A stretch of 64,000 bases of DNA from an uncultured Phycisphaerales bacterium (GTDB lineage Bacteria > Planctomycetota > Phycisphaerae > Tepidisphaerales > Tepidisphaeraceae): contig CAVWLP010000002.1 of assembly GCA_963755915.1 (NCBI GenBank), forward strand, positions 192,001 through 256,000, given 5' to 3'. Of this stretch, positions 35,427 to 46,391 are shown piece after piece. The notes under the pieces are model-generated. The model ran no database searches, was not told the origin of the DNA, and saw nothing but the letters and a program-made list of their open reading frames with translations. How positions within the stretch are numbered: the first letter of the stretch is position 1; the number at the start of each line of letters is the position of its first letter. Position numbers and translations under genes: made by a program.

Positions 35427-35657
35427 ATGATCGTTGTCTACAGAAGCGTCCACTGCCCGCTGTGCAAGGAACATCACGACCTGTGGATGCAGGAACCCGG
35501 CACCGTCCTGACCTTCAAGCCGCACGAATTTTTGTGCCCCGTCACCCATCACCGAACGGCCTGGCACCCGGATGTCTTTGCCCACGTCACGTCCAAACAG
35601 CCGGATCGGGGCGTGGAACTTGTGCCGGTCCACTTCGCCCAATCTGCGGGGATATAA
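35427..35657 (+). CDS. Small Cys/His protein of unknown family (copy A)
   Basis: AGGAG RBS; 33/67 ungapped identity to 52045..52284. Confidence 0.8.
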   Translation: MIVVYRSVHCPLCKEHHDLWMQEPGTVLTFKPHEFLCPVTHHRTAWHPDVFAHVTSKQPDRGVELVPVHFAQSAGI

Positions 35658-35961
35658 ATTTTTTGCGCTGCGGAGAGTGAATTTTGGTTTTGGGAATTGC
35701 ATTACAAAACTGGACAGTCCGCAACAAGCTGGGCGGTTTGGGTAAAATGGGTATGGCAAAAATCGGCTTTTGATCGTATTTTAACCATATAAGAAGATTA
35801 ATATTGTCGCCATTTCACTTCGCGCGATTACGATTTACGCGCAATAGATTCGCCAGTACTCGCTGCCCAGTCTTCGGACCAATTTCCGTCGGGATCGGGG
35901 GCGGCATATGCGGCCGGCACCGCGCGATCCAGCGCCGCGTACGGCGGGTGGCATGAAGCGT

Positions 35962-36420
35962 TCACGTCGCCTTTGGCCGCCGCCGACTCAAAAAATCGAG
36001 CGAGATTTTGTTATGTTCCAAGTGTTGCAGAAGTTGGAAGAAAATAAGCGAGTAAAGTAGCTGAATTCCAACGATATCAAAATTTTCGATCAGCGTACTG
36101 CCGAAGATCAGGAAAACCATCCAAAGGCCGCCGATCGCCAGACCGGCCCAGGTTGCGAACCCGAAAAACACAAGTAGTCCGATGACGGTTTCCGCCGGCG
36201 GCACGATTCGAGCAAACGCGCCTACGGCAAACGCAGGCAGGGGCGAGTGGGCGAATAGCTTTACCGTAGTGTCGACGAACGCCGAGTATTTGGACAGCCG
36301 AACGAGTCCGTGAATCAACATGCTCATGCCCATCGCCAGGCGGAGTGTTGTATAGCCGAGTACGCGCGCCGACGCGTTTATTTTGGCTGGCTCAAAGTAT
36401 TCGCGAAGCATATACCTCAT
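35962..36420 (-). CDS. DoxX-family membrane protein
   Basis: 'LRLAMGMSMLIHGLVRL...AETVIGLLVFFG', 'ISLD' tail. Confidence 0.75.
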   Translation of the reverse strand: MRYMLREYFEPAKINASARVLGYTTLRLAMGMSMLIHGLVRLSKYSAFVDTTVKLFAHSPLPAFAVGAFARIVPPAETVIGLLVFFGFATWAGLAIGGLWMVFLIFGSTLIENFDIVGIQLLYSLIFFQLLQHLEHNKISLDFLSRRRPKAT

Positions 36421-36569
36421 TCTACATCGCGTTTCGTTCCGGTGTCCCGGCGCCTGAGGGGCGCAGCTTTGCCGCCAGCCGCGGCGCGGCGCACCGGCCC
36501 GCGGAAGGTTATGAAGCAGCTTCTCAACAGAATTCCCCTGGTCCAGAGCCAGGTCTGATTTGGCACTTT

Positions 36570-37334
36570 CTAATCCTCCGCCATCTGTGCCGCACCATCA
36601 TGCGGACGCCGCGAAAGGCGGGTCGTGAACCGGATGAGATCACCGCGGTAGTAAAGCCTTTCGTAGTCGATCGGTTGATTCCCCTCGCCATACGAGGTGC
36701 GTTCTATCACCAACATTGGACTGCCCGGCTCGACTCCCAGCGCATCCGCCACGCCGGATTCTGCACCCAAGGCTTCCAGGCGATACTCGGCGTCGACCAG
36801 CGGGACCCCGTATTTTTGCTCCAGCAGCGAGAAGATCGGCTCCGATTCAAGGTTGTCGGCCATGATTTTTCGCCCGACCTCTAACGGCAAAAATGTATCG
36901 TCAAATGAGACGGGGACGCCGTCCGCCAATCGTACCCGCTGAATTCTCACCACGTCCGTGTTCGGCCGGAGCGCCAGATGATGAGCCGCCGCCTCGGTCG
37001 CCTTGACGATTTCCTTGTTTATGACGCGGGCGGTCGCATGGCGACCCTGCATCTCCATGTCCTCGACGAAGCCGCTGAGCGACAAGAGGGGTTGCGTCAT
37101 CTTGGGAAGGGTGACGAAAGTACCCCTTCCCCTCCGGATCTCAACAAATCCCCGATTGGCCAAATTTTGAATCGCCTGGCGTATCGTCGGGCGACTGACG
37201 CCGAACTGCTGGATGAGGTCGTTCTCGGTCGGCAATTGGTCCCCCGGCTTGCGCATGCCGCTGTGGATGTCAGAGGCCAGGGACTCTTCAACCCGAGAGT
37301 AAAGCGGGCGGGCATCAGAAAAAATCTTCGGCAT
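36570..37334 (-). CDS. GntR (HutC/UTRA) transcriptional regulator
   Basis: 'LPTENDLIQQFGVSRPTIRQA...RGRGTFV', C-terminal UTRA domain. Confidence 0.9.
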   Translation of the reverse strand: MPKIFSDARPLYSRVEESLASDIHSGMRKPGDQLPTENDLIQQFGVSRPTIRQAIQNLANRGFVEIRRGRGTFVTLPKMTQPLLSLSGFVEDMEMQGRHATARVINKEIVKATEAAAHHLALRPNTDVVRIQRVRLADGVPVSFDDTFLPLEVGRKIMADNLESEPIFSLLEQKYGVPLVDAEYRLEALGAESGVADALGVEPGSPMLVIERTSYGEGNQPIDYERLYYRGDLIRFTTRLSRRPHDGAAQMAED

Positions 37335-37336
37335 AT

Positions 37337-37370
37337 TTGACATCATGACGTCATGACGTAATGATGTCAA
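37337..37370. promoter_or_regulatory. 34-bp near-perfect palindrome, probable GntR operator
   Basis: TTGACATCATGACGTCATGACGTAATGATGTCAA with one mismatched pair. TTGACA reads inward from both ends. Confidence 0.75.
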
Positions 37371-37508
37371 GTGTGAACTGCGATTAAATAGCACCTAAAA
37401 AGCCCTGGCGCAGATTGCAAAAGCTTACCGGCCGATTCGCTGGTTAAGTGTTGCAGGCGAACAGAGCAGACATTCAGAACGTCGGAGTTCCGGCAGAAAG
37501 GCAGGCAT

Positions 37509-38042
37509 ATGCTGAAGCAGTGGATCGAAATCTCCGGACGTCCCTGGACCTTGTTGCCACTCAGGCTGGCAATTGGATACGGGTTTCTGGCGCATGGTTT
37601 GGCAAAATGGAACCGAGGACCCGCCCATTTCGCAAAACTGCTGCAGCAAATCGGCACGCCGTTTCCGACCGCAACCGCCTGGATGGTCACCTTTCTCGAA
37701 ATATTCGGCGGACTGGCGATTCTCGCCGGCATTCTCGTTGCAATTGTCAGTCTCCCCCTGATTTGCTCCATGCTTGTCGCCATGTTCACGGTCCAGATCC
37801 GTTACGGATTTAGTTCTGTTAACACGATCGGACTGACTCCGACCGGCCCGCTATTTGGCCCGCCGGGGTATGAGATCAATCTGCTTTACATTGCGGGCTT
37901 GCTGGCGCTTATCCTTGCGGGGCCAAGTGCGTTATCAGTCGACCGCTGGCTCGCGCGGCAAAAGGGCATTCGAAAGATTGAGAATACAGCAACTATCGCC
38001 GTTTCCGGTAAGCCCGCGCAAAGGACGACCCAGACGGGATAA
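37509..38042 (+). CDS. DoxX-family membrane protein
   Basis: 'LRLAIGYGFLAHGLAK', 'EIFGGL', 'GYEINL', 'GPSALSVD'. Confidence 0.85.
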   Translation: MLKQWIEISGRPWTLLPLRLAIGYGFLAHGLAKWNRGPAHFAKLLQQIGTPFPTATAWMVTFLEIFGGLAILAGILVAIVSLPLICSMLVAMFTVQIRYGFSSVNTIGLTPTGPLFGPPGYEINLLYIAGLLALILAGPSALSVDRWLARQKGIRKIENTATIAVSGKPAQRTTQTG

Positions 38043-38317
38043 ACTCGATTTCAACGCGGAAAAGCTCAACTGTTGTTTTGTCACTCCAGGGGACTGAAGG
38101 GGCATTATCGCCGGGAATGCAATTCCGGAAATCCAGCGGCGGCGCTGCCACCCTGGTAAGCCGAAAATCGCAAGATTCGCCCCGCCACCTCTTATCCCAT
38201 CCCCTGGTACGCCGGGGGAGGGTGAGGGTTGATTCCTCGAATGAAGAAAAAAGGGGAGCGCGCGGTGAGGATATATTGCCAGAGTCGGACAGCCTGGAAA
38301 GCTCAGGTTGAAACCCC

Positions 38318-39352
38318 TAGAGCATTTTCATTTATCATGTAGCGTATACCCTGTGTGCCTGAAGAAACCTTCGCAGTCGGAGGCGGTGACCGCGGCCAGT
38401 GCTTCCTCCACCGCTTGGCCCAATGTCTCCACCGTCCGGGCCGCCAGTGAACGAAGCTTCTGCTTCACCTTGGACCACATCGGTTCGATGGGGCTGAAGT
38501 CGGGACTGTACGGCGGCAGATACAGCAGACGGGCCCCCGTGGCCTCGATCGCCTGGCGAATCCCGCTGACTTTGTGGGATTGCAGATTATCCATGATCAC
38601 CACCTGCCCGGGCCGCAGCGTGAGGACCAGGGCGTCCTGGACAAAGTTGCGGAAGATCTCGCCATCGCAAGGAGCGTCGACGGTCACGGCGGTTTGAACG
38701 CCGCGAAGCGTCATGGCCGCGATGATGGTCAGCACCTTCCAATGCCCATGCGGCACGGCGCTGACCAGACGATCGGACCTGAGGCATCGTCCACGCGTCC
38801 GCATCATGTTGGTCACGGCGCAGCTTTCATCGATCACCACAAGGTTTTTCAGCGGTATGTCCTTCAACTGCTCGAACCAGACTGCCCGCTGCGCCTGGAC
38901 GTCGGGCCGCTCCTGTTCGGCGGCGTGGACCGACTTTTTTTAAAAGAGAACTTCTGCTTCCGCAGCGCCATCCACAACGCGCCGATGCTGATGCCGATTC
39001 CCAATTCCGTTTTGAGCCGGTGTCTCAGTTCCTCCAACGTCGCATCGGGCTGACGACGCACCTTCTCCAGCAGCCAATCACGAGCGGCCTGATCCAGCTT
39101 GGGTTTGGCGCCCGGAATGGGCCGCGGCTCGATGCTGCCGTCTTCCCGGCGACGTTGTTTTAAACGTCGCACCCATGCCGGCGACACTTCGAATTGCTCC
39201 GCGACTTTTTTGGTGGGCTGGCCCCCATCGCACGCGGCCAGAACTCGCTTACGAAGATCCAAAGAATACGCTTCCATGCCGACGATCTCCTGTCGGCATT
39301 TAACTTATCGCATCCTTGCCGCTGGCGCTAGAGGCTACGTGAAAATGCTCTA
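38318..39352 (-). mobile_element. IS630-family insertion sequence
   Basis: Terminal IRs TAGAGCATTTTCA (38318-38330 and 39340-39352), TA at both ends, enclosing the transposase ORFs. Confidence 0.92.
38328..39277 (-). CDS. IS630 transposase, HTH ORF + DDE ORF joined by a probable programmed -1 frameshift
   Basis: 'AYSLDLRKRV'. Slippery TTTTAAAAAAAG at ~38934-38945 gives 'KKKSVHAAEQERPDV'. DDE motifs 'VIDES', 'IMDNLQSH', 'YLPPYSPDFSPIE'. Confidence 0.88.
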
Positions 39353-39367
39353 AGTCGCGAGCTGCAA

Positions 39368-39423
39368 GTAGAAGCGGCGTCCCGCCGCTCGCGCGAATGC
39401 AAGCGGCGGGACGCCGCTTCTAC
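39368..39423. repeat. GTAG-type REP doublet (perfect 22-bp inverted repeat)
   Basis: GTAGAAGCGGCGTCCCGCCGCT ... AGCGGCGGGACGCCGCTTCTAC; each arm is internally palindromic. Confidence 0.7.
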
Positions 39424-39585
39424 TATGACATCAAATAACCACGATAGAATACAAAAGGCGTCAAAACGCGAAAGTACATACCCCATCTTCCCTATTTTAC
39501 CCAGCTTGTTGCGGACTGTTACCTTTTGTACCCGATGCCCCGGCGCAGAAAAAAATCATCCGAGCGCATCAACTTCACGCGCTGC

Positions 39586-42295
39586 CTAAAACCCAATCTC
39601 CGCACTGACGCCATTGTCTGTGAGACTCCGCGTCAATTTAAAACCCGCCTTCTCACAGACGTGCTGCATTTCCAGATTTTCGCCCATGATGATCGCCGAC
39701 ACCCGGCCGATCCTCTCCGCGCGTGCGGCCTGGAGGAGCAGGTCGATGAGCTTTGTGCCCAGTCCGCGCTTCTGCCAGGGGTCGCTGATCACCATTGCGA
39801 ATTCGGCGTCGTCGCCCTCGGGTAGTTTGCTGAGGCGGCCGATGCCCATGATGAATCGCTCGCCTTCTTTGGTGCGACCCTCGGCGACGAGGGCCAGTTC
39901 GCGATCGTAATCGTTGAAGCAGACGCGGATCAGCCGCTCGTGGGAGACGCGCTGGCTGAGGTTGATCGGATGGAAATAGCGAAGCATCACGCTGCGGTCG
40001 GACAATTCCTTGTGAAACTTCACCAGCAGCGGCTCATCTTCGGGACGGATGGGGCGGATGGTCACCGGCGTCTTGTCGTCCATCGTCCACTGCGTCACGT
40101 ACTGCGTGGGATAGGGCCGGATCACCGGCCCGGGCAGATCGGCCGCGGTTTTTTCGGAGCCCCACAAAACCGTGCGCACGTCGACGGCAATGATGCGATC
40201 CGACGTCGCGATCAGCGGATTGATCTCCACTTCCTTCACCCACGGCTGCTCGATGACAAGCTGGCTGAAGCGAACCATGATGCGGCAAAGCTGGCCGATA
40301 TCCACCGGCTTGCGCCGCGCACGCCCTGGAGGGCCTTGAAGATTTTCGTCTGCTCCATCATCCGCCTGGCCAGCGTCGCGTTGAGCGGCGGCAGGCCCAG
40401 GGCGCGGTCCTTCAAAACTTCCACGAGCTGGCCACCCAGCCCAAAGAGCAGCACGGGACCGAACTGCGAGTCGGGGCTGCTGCCGACGATCAGTTCATAA
40501 CCATTTTTCCCATCGATCATCGGCTGAACTGTCACGCCCTGGAAATGCTCGGCCCCGGCCTTCTTTGTCACCGATTGTCGAATCTCTTCAAATGCGCGTG
40601 AGACTTCGGCCGCGTCCATCAACTGGAGCTTGACGCCGCCCACGTCGGTTTTGTGCGTAATCGTGTGCGAAAAAAGTTTCAGCGCGACGGGGAAACCCAT
40701 CTTTTCCGCAGCCCGCGCGGCATCGGCCGGCGCCTTGGCAACCACGGTTTCGACAACGGGAATCCCATACGCGGCCAGCAGCCGCTTGGATTGGAACTCA
40801 TCGAGGAGCGTTTTTCCGGCGGATTTAGCGGCGGAAATGATTTCGGCTGCCGCGGCACGATTGATGCTCTCACCCTCGTCGTCCCCCAGGGCAGGCGTTT
40901 CGTACAACCCGCGGAGGTTGTAGGTGTACTTCCACATATATTGAAACGCCTTGGCCGCGCCGTCGGGAAAATGAAACGTGGGGATACCCGCGCGGCTGAG
41001 AATGGCGCGGCCGGCAGCCACCTCGGCCCCGCCCATCCAGCTTGCCAACAGCGGCTTGCCTTCGAGCTTGGCGAGAGCCTTCACGGCCTCGGCAGTCTGG
41101 GTCGGGTCGGTCATGTCCTGCGGGGTGAGCACCGCGAGGACGCCGTCATTGCCGCAATCCTCCGCCACCGACTTGATCGCCTTCGCATAGCGCTCGGGGC
41201 TGGCGTCGCCGAGCACGTCGATCGGATTATTATGGCTCCACTGGGGCGGGAGAAATTCATCCAGTGATTTCTTGAGCTCCGGCGACAAGGCGGCCAATTC
41301 CCCGCCGGATGCGAGCAGGGCATCGGTCGCGAGGACGCCGGGCCCGCCGGCGTTGGTGACGATCGCCAGCCGCGGGCCCGCGGGCCGGGGCTGTTTCGCC
41401 AGGACATCGGCCATGGAAAACAAATCGGAGATGCTGTCGACGCGTAATACGCCGCTGCGGCGGAACGCAGCGTCGAGCACTTCGTCGCTGCCGGTTAACG
41501 ACCCCGTATGCGACGCCGCGGCCTTCGTGGCCGCTTCGGATCTGCCGGCCTTAATCACGATGATCGGCTTATTGAGCGACACCTCGCGCGCGGCGGAGAG
41601 AAACGACCGCGCATCGCCGACCGATTCCATGTAGATCAGGATGCTGCGCATGCGCGGATCGTCGCCGAAATAATCGATCAGGTCGCCCCAGGTGACATCG
41701 AGCATCGACCCCGTCGAAACATAGGCGCTGAACCCGACGGCTTCGTTGAGACTCCAGTCGAGGACGGCCGTCAGCAGCGCCCCGCTCTGGCTGATGAAGG
41801 CCACATTGCCGGGCTTGGCGATTCCCTTGGCGAATGTCGCGTTGAGGCCGGTCAGCGGATTCATCACGCCCAGGCAATTGGGGCCGATGATTCGCATCCC
41901 GCCGCGCCGCGCTGCTCGCCGACACGATGTTCGAGTTCCAATCCCTCCTTGCCGAGTTCACGAAAACCGGCGGAGATGACAATGGCGCCCTTTACTCCGG
42001 CGTCGGCGCATTGGCCGATGATTCCGGGCACCGCGCCGGCGGGCGTGACGACGACCGCGAGATCCACTTTCTCCGGCACGGACTTGATATCCGGATAGGC
42101 CTTTACGCCCAGCACGCTGGAGCGCTTCGGATTCACGGGAAAGACGGTTCCGCCGAAGGGGCTGGCCATCAGATTCCACATGACCGTGCGCCCGACGCTT
42201 CCGGCATTTTCGGTGGCCCCAATCAGGGCGATGGTTTTGGGGGCAAAAATGGGAGTGAGTGATCCCGGCTTAATTCCCCGAATTTCTTTTTTCAT
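39586..42295 (-). CDS. ADP-forming acetate-CoA ligase / GNAT acetyltransferase fusion (frameshifts at ~41905 and ~40310)
   Basis: CoA-binding domain, 'IIGPNCLG', 'SQSGA', 'ASHTGS', 'NPIDVLGDA', ATP-grasp 'HKTDVGGV', C-terminal GNAT 'QKRGLGT'. Confidence 0.88.
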
Positions 42296-42332
42296 AGCGC
42301 CATCCATTAAATCACCTTCAACTTTCTTCGCA

Positions 42333-42372
42333 TCGGGAAATTCACCTATGAAAAGAACGGGGCTCGCTCTGA
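42333..42372. promoter_or_regulatory. Candidate regulator box pair in the ligase/hppA divergent promoter
   Basis: TCGGGAAATTCACCTA (42333-42348) and ACGGGGCTCGCTCTGA (42357-42372). Confidence 0.65.
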
Positions 42373-42422
42373 TTTTTTAATTTGCCTGAAATCTCGATGC
42401 TACTTCCACGGAAAGGATCGTT

Positions 42423-44966
42423 ATGAAAACTCTATCGACCCCTACACTTCGCCGGCTATACCCGTTCATCGCGGCAATCGCACTTCTTGCCTTAGTGTTT
42501 CCTTCGGCAAGTTTCGCCAGCGAAGCCGATCTTCCCCCCATCCCCAATCTCAACAGCGCTAAATTCTTCGGATTTATCGGTGGTTGGAATCTCCTGGCCA
42601 TCGGTATGTTGATCTGCTTCGCAGGTTTGGCCTTCGGCCTGACCATATATCGCCGGCTCAAATCATTGCCCGTCCATTCGGCGATGGGCCGCGTTTCCGA
42701 GACGATTTATGCCACCTGCAAAACTTATCTCAAAACCCAGCTCAAATTTATCCTTTTGCTTGAGCTGTTTATTGGCGCCGTGCTGATCGTCTATTTCGGC
42801 TTCCTGACCACGGACGCCGCCGGACAGCACATGACTCCCGTTAAGGTGCTCACGATCCTGGCATTCAGTCTGATCGGCATCGCCGGCAGTGTTTCTGTGG
42901 CGTGGTTCGGCATGAGAATCAATACCTTCGCCAACAGCCGAACCGCCTATCAATCCCTGCGCGGTAAGCCATATCCACTCTATGCGATTCCTCTACAAGC
43001 CGGCATGAGTGTCGGGATGGTTCTCATCAGCGTCGAGCTGCTGATGATGCTGGTGATTCTCCTTTTCATTCCCGCCGCTTATGCCGGCCCTTGTTTTATC
43101 GGTTTTGCGGTTGGTGAATCGCTCGGCGCAGCCGCGCTGCGCGTTGCCGGCGGAATATTTACCAAGATCGCCGACATCGGCGCGGATCTCATGAAGATTG
43201 TGTTCAAGGTTCAGGAAGACGACGCCCGCAACCCCGGCGTCATCGCCGACTGCACCGGCGACAACGCCGGCGACTCCGTCGGCCCGACTGCCGACGGTTT
43301 CGAAACCTATGGCGTCACCGGCGTGGCGCTGATCACCTTCATCCTCCTGGCCGTCCGACCCGAGCTTCAGGTTTCGCTGCTGGTCTGGATCTTCGCGATG
43401 CGCCTAGTCATGGTGATCACCAGCGGCGTTTCCTACGCGATCAACGAATTTTTCACCCGCGCCAAATATCTCAACGCGACGGATATGGATTTTGAGCACC
43501 CCCTTACCAGCCTGGTTTATGTCACCAGCCTGGTAAGCGTTTTTACCACCTACCTGGGCTCCTTTGCCCTGATTCACAATCTGGGCGAGGGGCTCTGGTG
43601 GAAACTTTCGACCATTATCTCCTGCGGCACAATCGCCGGCGCTGATCCCGGAATTCACGAAGATCTTTACCAGCGTCAAGAGCCGCCATGTCCGCGAGAT
43701 CGTCACCGCCAGTCGCGAGGGCGGTGCATCCCTTAATATTCTCAGCGGGCTCACCGCCGGAAATTTCTCCGCCTACTGGATGGGCGGAATCGTCATTGGC
43801 GGCCTCATGGCTGCGGCCTATGCGTTTGCCAATCTCGGCGGATCCGCCGGCGTCGCCTCCCTCCTCAATCCCAGCGCCCAGGTCGCCGTTGCTGTATTTG
43901 CCTTCGGCCTCGTGGCCTTCGGATTTCTCGGCATGGGGCCCGTCACCATCGCCGTCGATTCCTACGGACCTGTCACCGACAATGCGCAAAGCGTTTATGA
44001 GCTCAGCCTCATCGAACAGATTCCAGGCATTGAGCGACAACTCAAAAACGAACTTGGCGTCAATGTGGATTTCGCGCGTTCCAAGCTGCTGCTGGAGCAA
44101 AACGATGGGGCGGGAAACACGTTCAAAGCCACGGCCAAACCAGTCCTGATCGGGACTGCGGTGGTCGGCGCCACGACCTTGATCTTCTCCATCATCATGA
44201 TGCTTACCAGGGGCCTCACCGACACGACGGCCATCGCCAAGCTCTCGGTGCTCCACGCCCCGTTCCTCCTTGGACTCATCGCCGGCGGCGCGGAAATCTA
44301 TTGGTTCACGGGCGCAAGCATGCAGGCCGTCGTCACCGGCGCTATCGCGCCGTTGAGTTCATCAAGCGCAATATTCACCTCGAAGGACAGCAGGCCGCTT
44401 CCGTCGCCGACAGCAAACGCGTGGTTGAGATCTGCACCCGATATGCCCAGGCCGGGATGCTCAACATTTTCTTCGTCGTCTTCTTCAGCGCCCTCGCCTA
44501 CGCCTGCGCCGAGCCCTTCTTCTTCATCGGTTTCCTGATCTCGATGGCGACTTTCGGGCTCTTCCAGGCGATCTTTATGGCCAACGCCGGAGGCGCATGG
44601 GATAACGCCAAGAAGGTCGTCGAAGTCGAGCTGCGCCAGAAGGGCACCGATCTCCACGCGGCCACGGTGGTTGGCGATACCGTCGGCGATCCTTTCAAGG
44701 ACACCTCCAGCGTCGCCCTGAACCCAATCATTAAGTTCACCACCCTTTTTGGTCTGCTCGCCGTTGAACTCGCGACGAGTTTGGATAAAAACCCCAACCT
44801 TCCGCTCCACCTTACGGCGTACCTTGCAATCGGATTCTTCATGCTCGCGCTGGTCTTCGTCTGGCGCTCTTTCTACGGCATGAGGATCCAGAAGGATTCC
44901 GCCGTCGAAGGCAGCGGGCCCACCGAGGTAACTGGCCATCCGCCGCTTGCGATGGCCGAGCACTAA
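42423..44966 (+). CDS. hppA: Membrane-bound ion-translocating pyrophosphatase (frameshifts at ~43645 and ~44340)
   Basis: '[14 protein letters not shown]', '[20 protein letters not shown]', '[10 protein letters not shown]', 'GGAWDNAKK', '[12 protein letters not shown]'. Confidence 0.92.
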
Positions 44967-44979
44967 CTACGCCGCTCCC

Positions 44980-45387
44980 ATGAACACCACCAAACAACCT
45001 CACACCGGATGGATGAAGCTTGCACTTCGCGCACAAATCTGCACGCAGTGTCATCCGGCAGATCCTTCGGCAGAACCCGACCCTCGCTCATGCGAAACGA
45101 ACTGCGCATTTTTCGTCCATTTATCCCGGTTGGCGCGCCTGCTGAAGCGCTATCAGAATAGGCCGCCAAACGGGTACGAAGAATTTGCCATTCACCTGCT
45201 GCGTGAGTCTGGGGGAAATTCGGGTTCAAAGGCAGTTCTCGATTACGCGGGAGATGCGTTGGCCGTCCTCGAAAAAATCGCCGAGCTGACTGAACTGCCC
45301 GCGGTTCAGGATCCGCAGCATGACTGTATCCGTCGCGATCTCGCACTGACGCAGTTGCAGATCCACCCTGAAGCGAGGCCTTCATGA
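44980..45387 (+). CDS. Cys-motif hypothetical protein
   Basis: 13 bp after hppA; 'ICTQCH...CETNCAFF'. Confidence 0.6.
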   Translation: MNTTKQPHTGWMKLALRAQICTQCHPADPSAEPDPRSCETNCAFFVHLSRLARLLKRYQNRPPNGYEEFAIHLLRESGGNSGSKAVLDYAGDALAVLEKIAELTELPAVQDPQHDCIRRDLALTQLQIHPEARPS

Positions 45388-45493
45388 TCCCTCATATCTT
45401 CCGCGGCAGGGTCATGGTCACCGTAAGCGGATATGCCTCGGGCGTGTAAGACCAACCAAAAGTAGAAAACCTTCCGGTCAGGGTAATTATCGC

Positions 45494-46311
45494 TCACCCA
45501 CCGATGAGCGGCCAAATTATGTGAAGAACGATGTCCGCGCTGAAATGGCAAACCATGGCCGCTTCGAGCCCCATGCTCCAGTAAAACCAGCCGAATACGA
45601 GGCCACCAAGTCCATTGAGCACTAGGGCACGCGTGACAAGCATGGCGTCGATATGAAGCCCGAGGGCGGCCGTGGCAGGCAGATGGCCTAACCCGAAAAG
45701 GATTGCAGCGAGAAGATTGGCGATCCATAGCACTGCCAACCCTGGAGGGCGGCACTTTGAGCCGCTGACGATTTGAAGAAGCAGGCGAAAAACGAAAGCA
45801 TAAAGAGCCGCAGCAGGATTTCTTCGGTGCTGCCGCCATAGAACGCGGCAAGAAATCCGGCCCAGACGGGGGCGCTGCCCGGAGGCGTTTTTAGTTGCTT
45901 GAACTCGGCTGCAAGCTGCGCTGCGAACAGGGTCTTTTCAAGCGCAACAATTGCAACACCAACGACAATTCCGGCGATGATTGCTTTGAACGAAAATCGA
46001 CGGGCCAGCGGCCAGCTTGGATCGCCCGCCAGCCAGCGTTCGACGAGGGGCAATCCCAAGCCAATCCGACCGGCGATGAGCAGCACCAAAGCCGCGAAAA
46101 TTCCGCAGAATATGGTGGTCAAGATCCATTGAATTGGAATGAGCGCCAGTAGGGGCAGCGGAAGTTTTACGCTATGGAGGCTTGGAGATTGAATCGCCAG
46201 CGCATAGGGGGTAACCAGAATCGTACTGAGCAGAATGGCAACCAGGAGAACGCCAAGAAGACGCCAATTGAAATGCGAGTGCGCCACCGAGGGTAAAACT
46301 TCACTTGTCAT
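45494..46311 (-). CDS. CPBP (CAAX/Abi) intramembrane metalloprotease (frameshift near 45770)
   Basis: 'TEEILLRL', 'FGLGHL', 'GLEAAMVCHFSAD'. Confidence 0.8.
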
Positions 46312-46391
46312 GTTATCCGCGGCAACCGTGACGGCTCCTCAGAAATTGACGTTCAAGTTTCGGAACGTCGAAGACAGCAGCCCCCTTGTCA

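Noticed and set aside
45040-45054. CxxCH as a cytochrome c motif
   Set aside because: No signal peptide or TM anchor; additional Cys suggest a different metal site.
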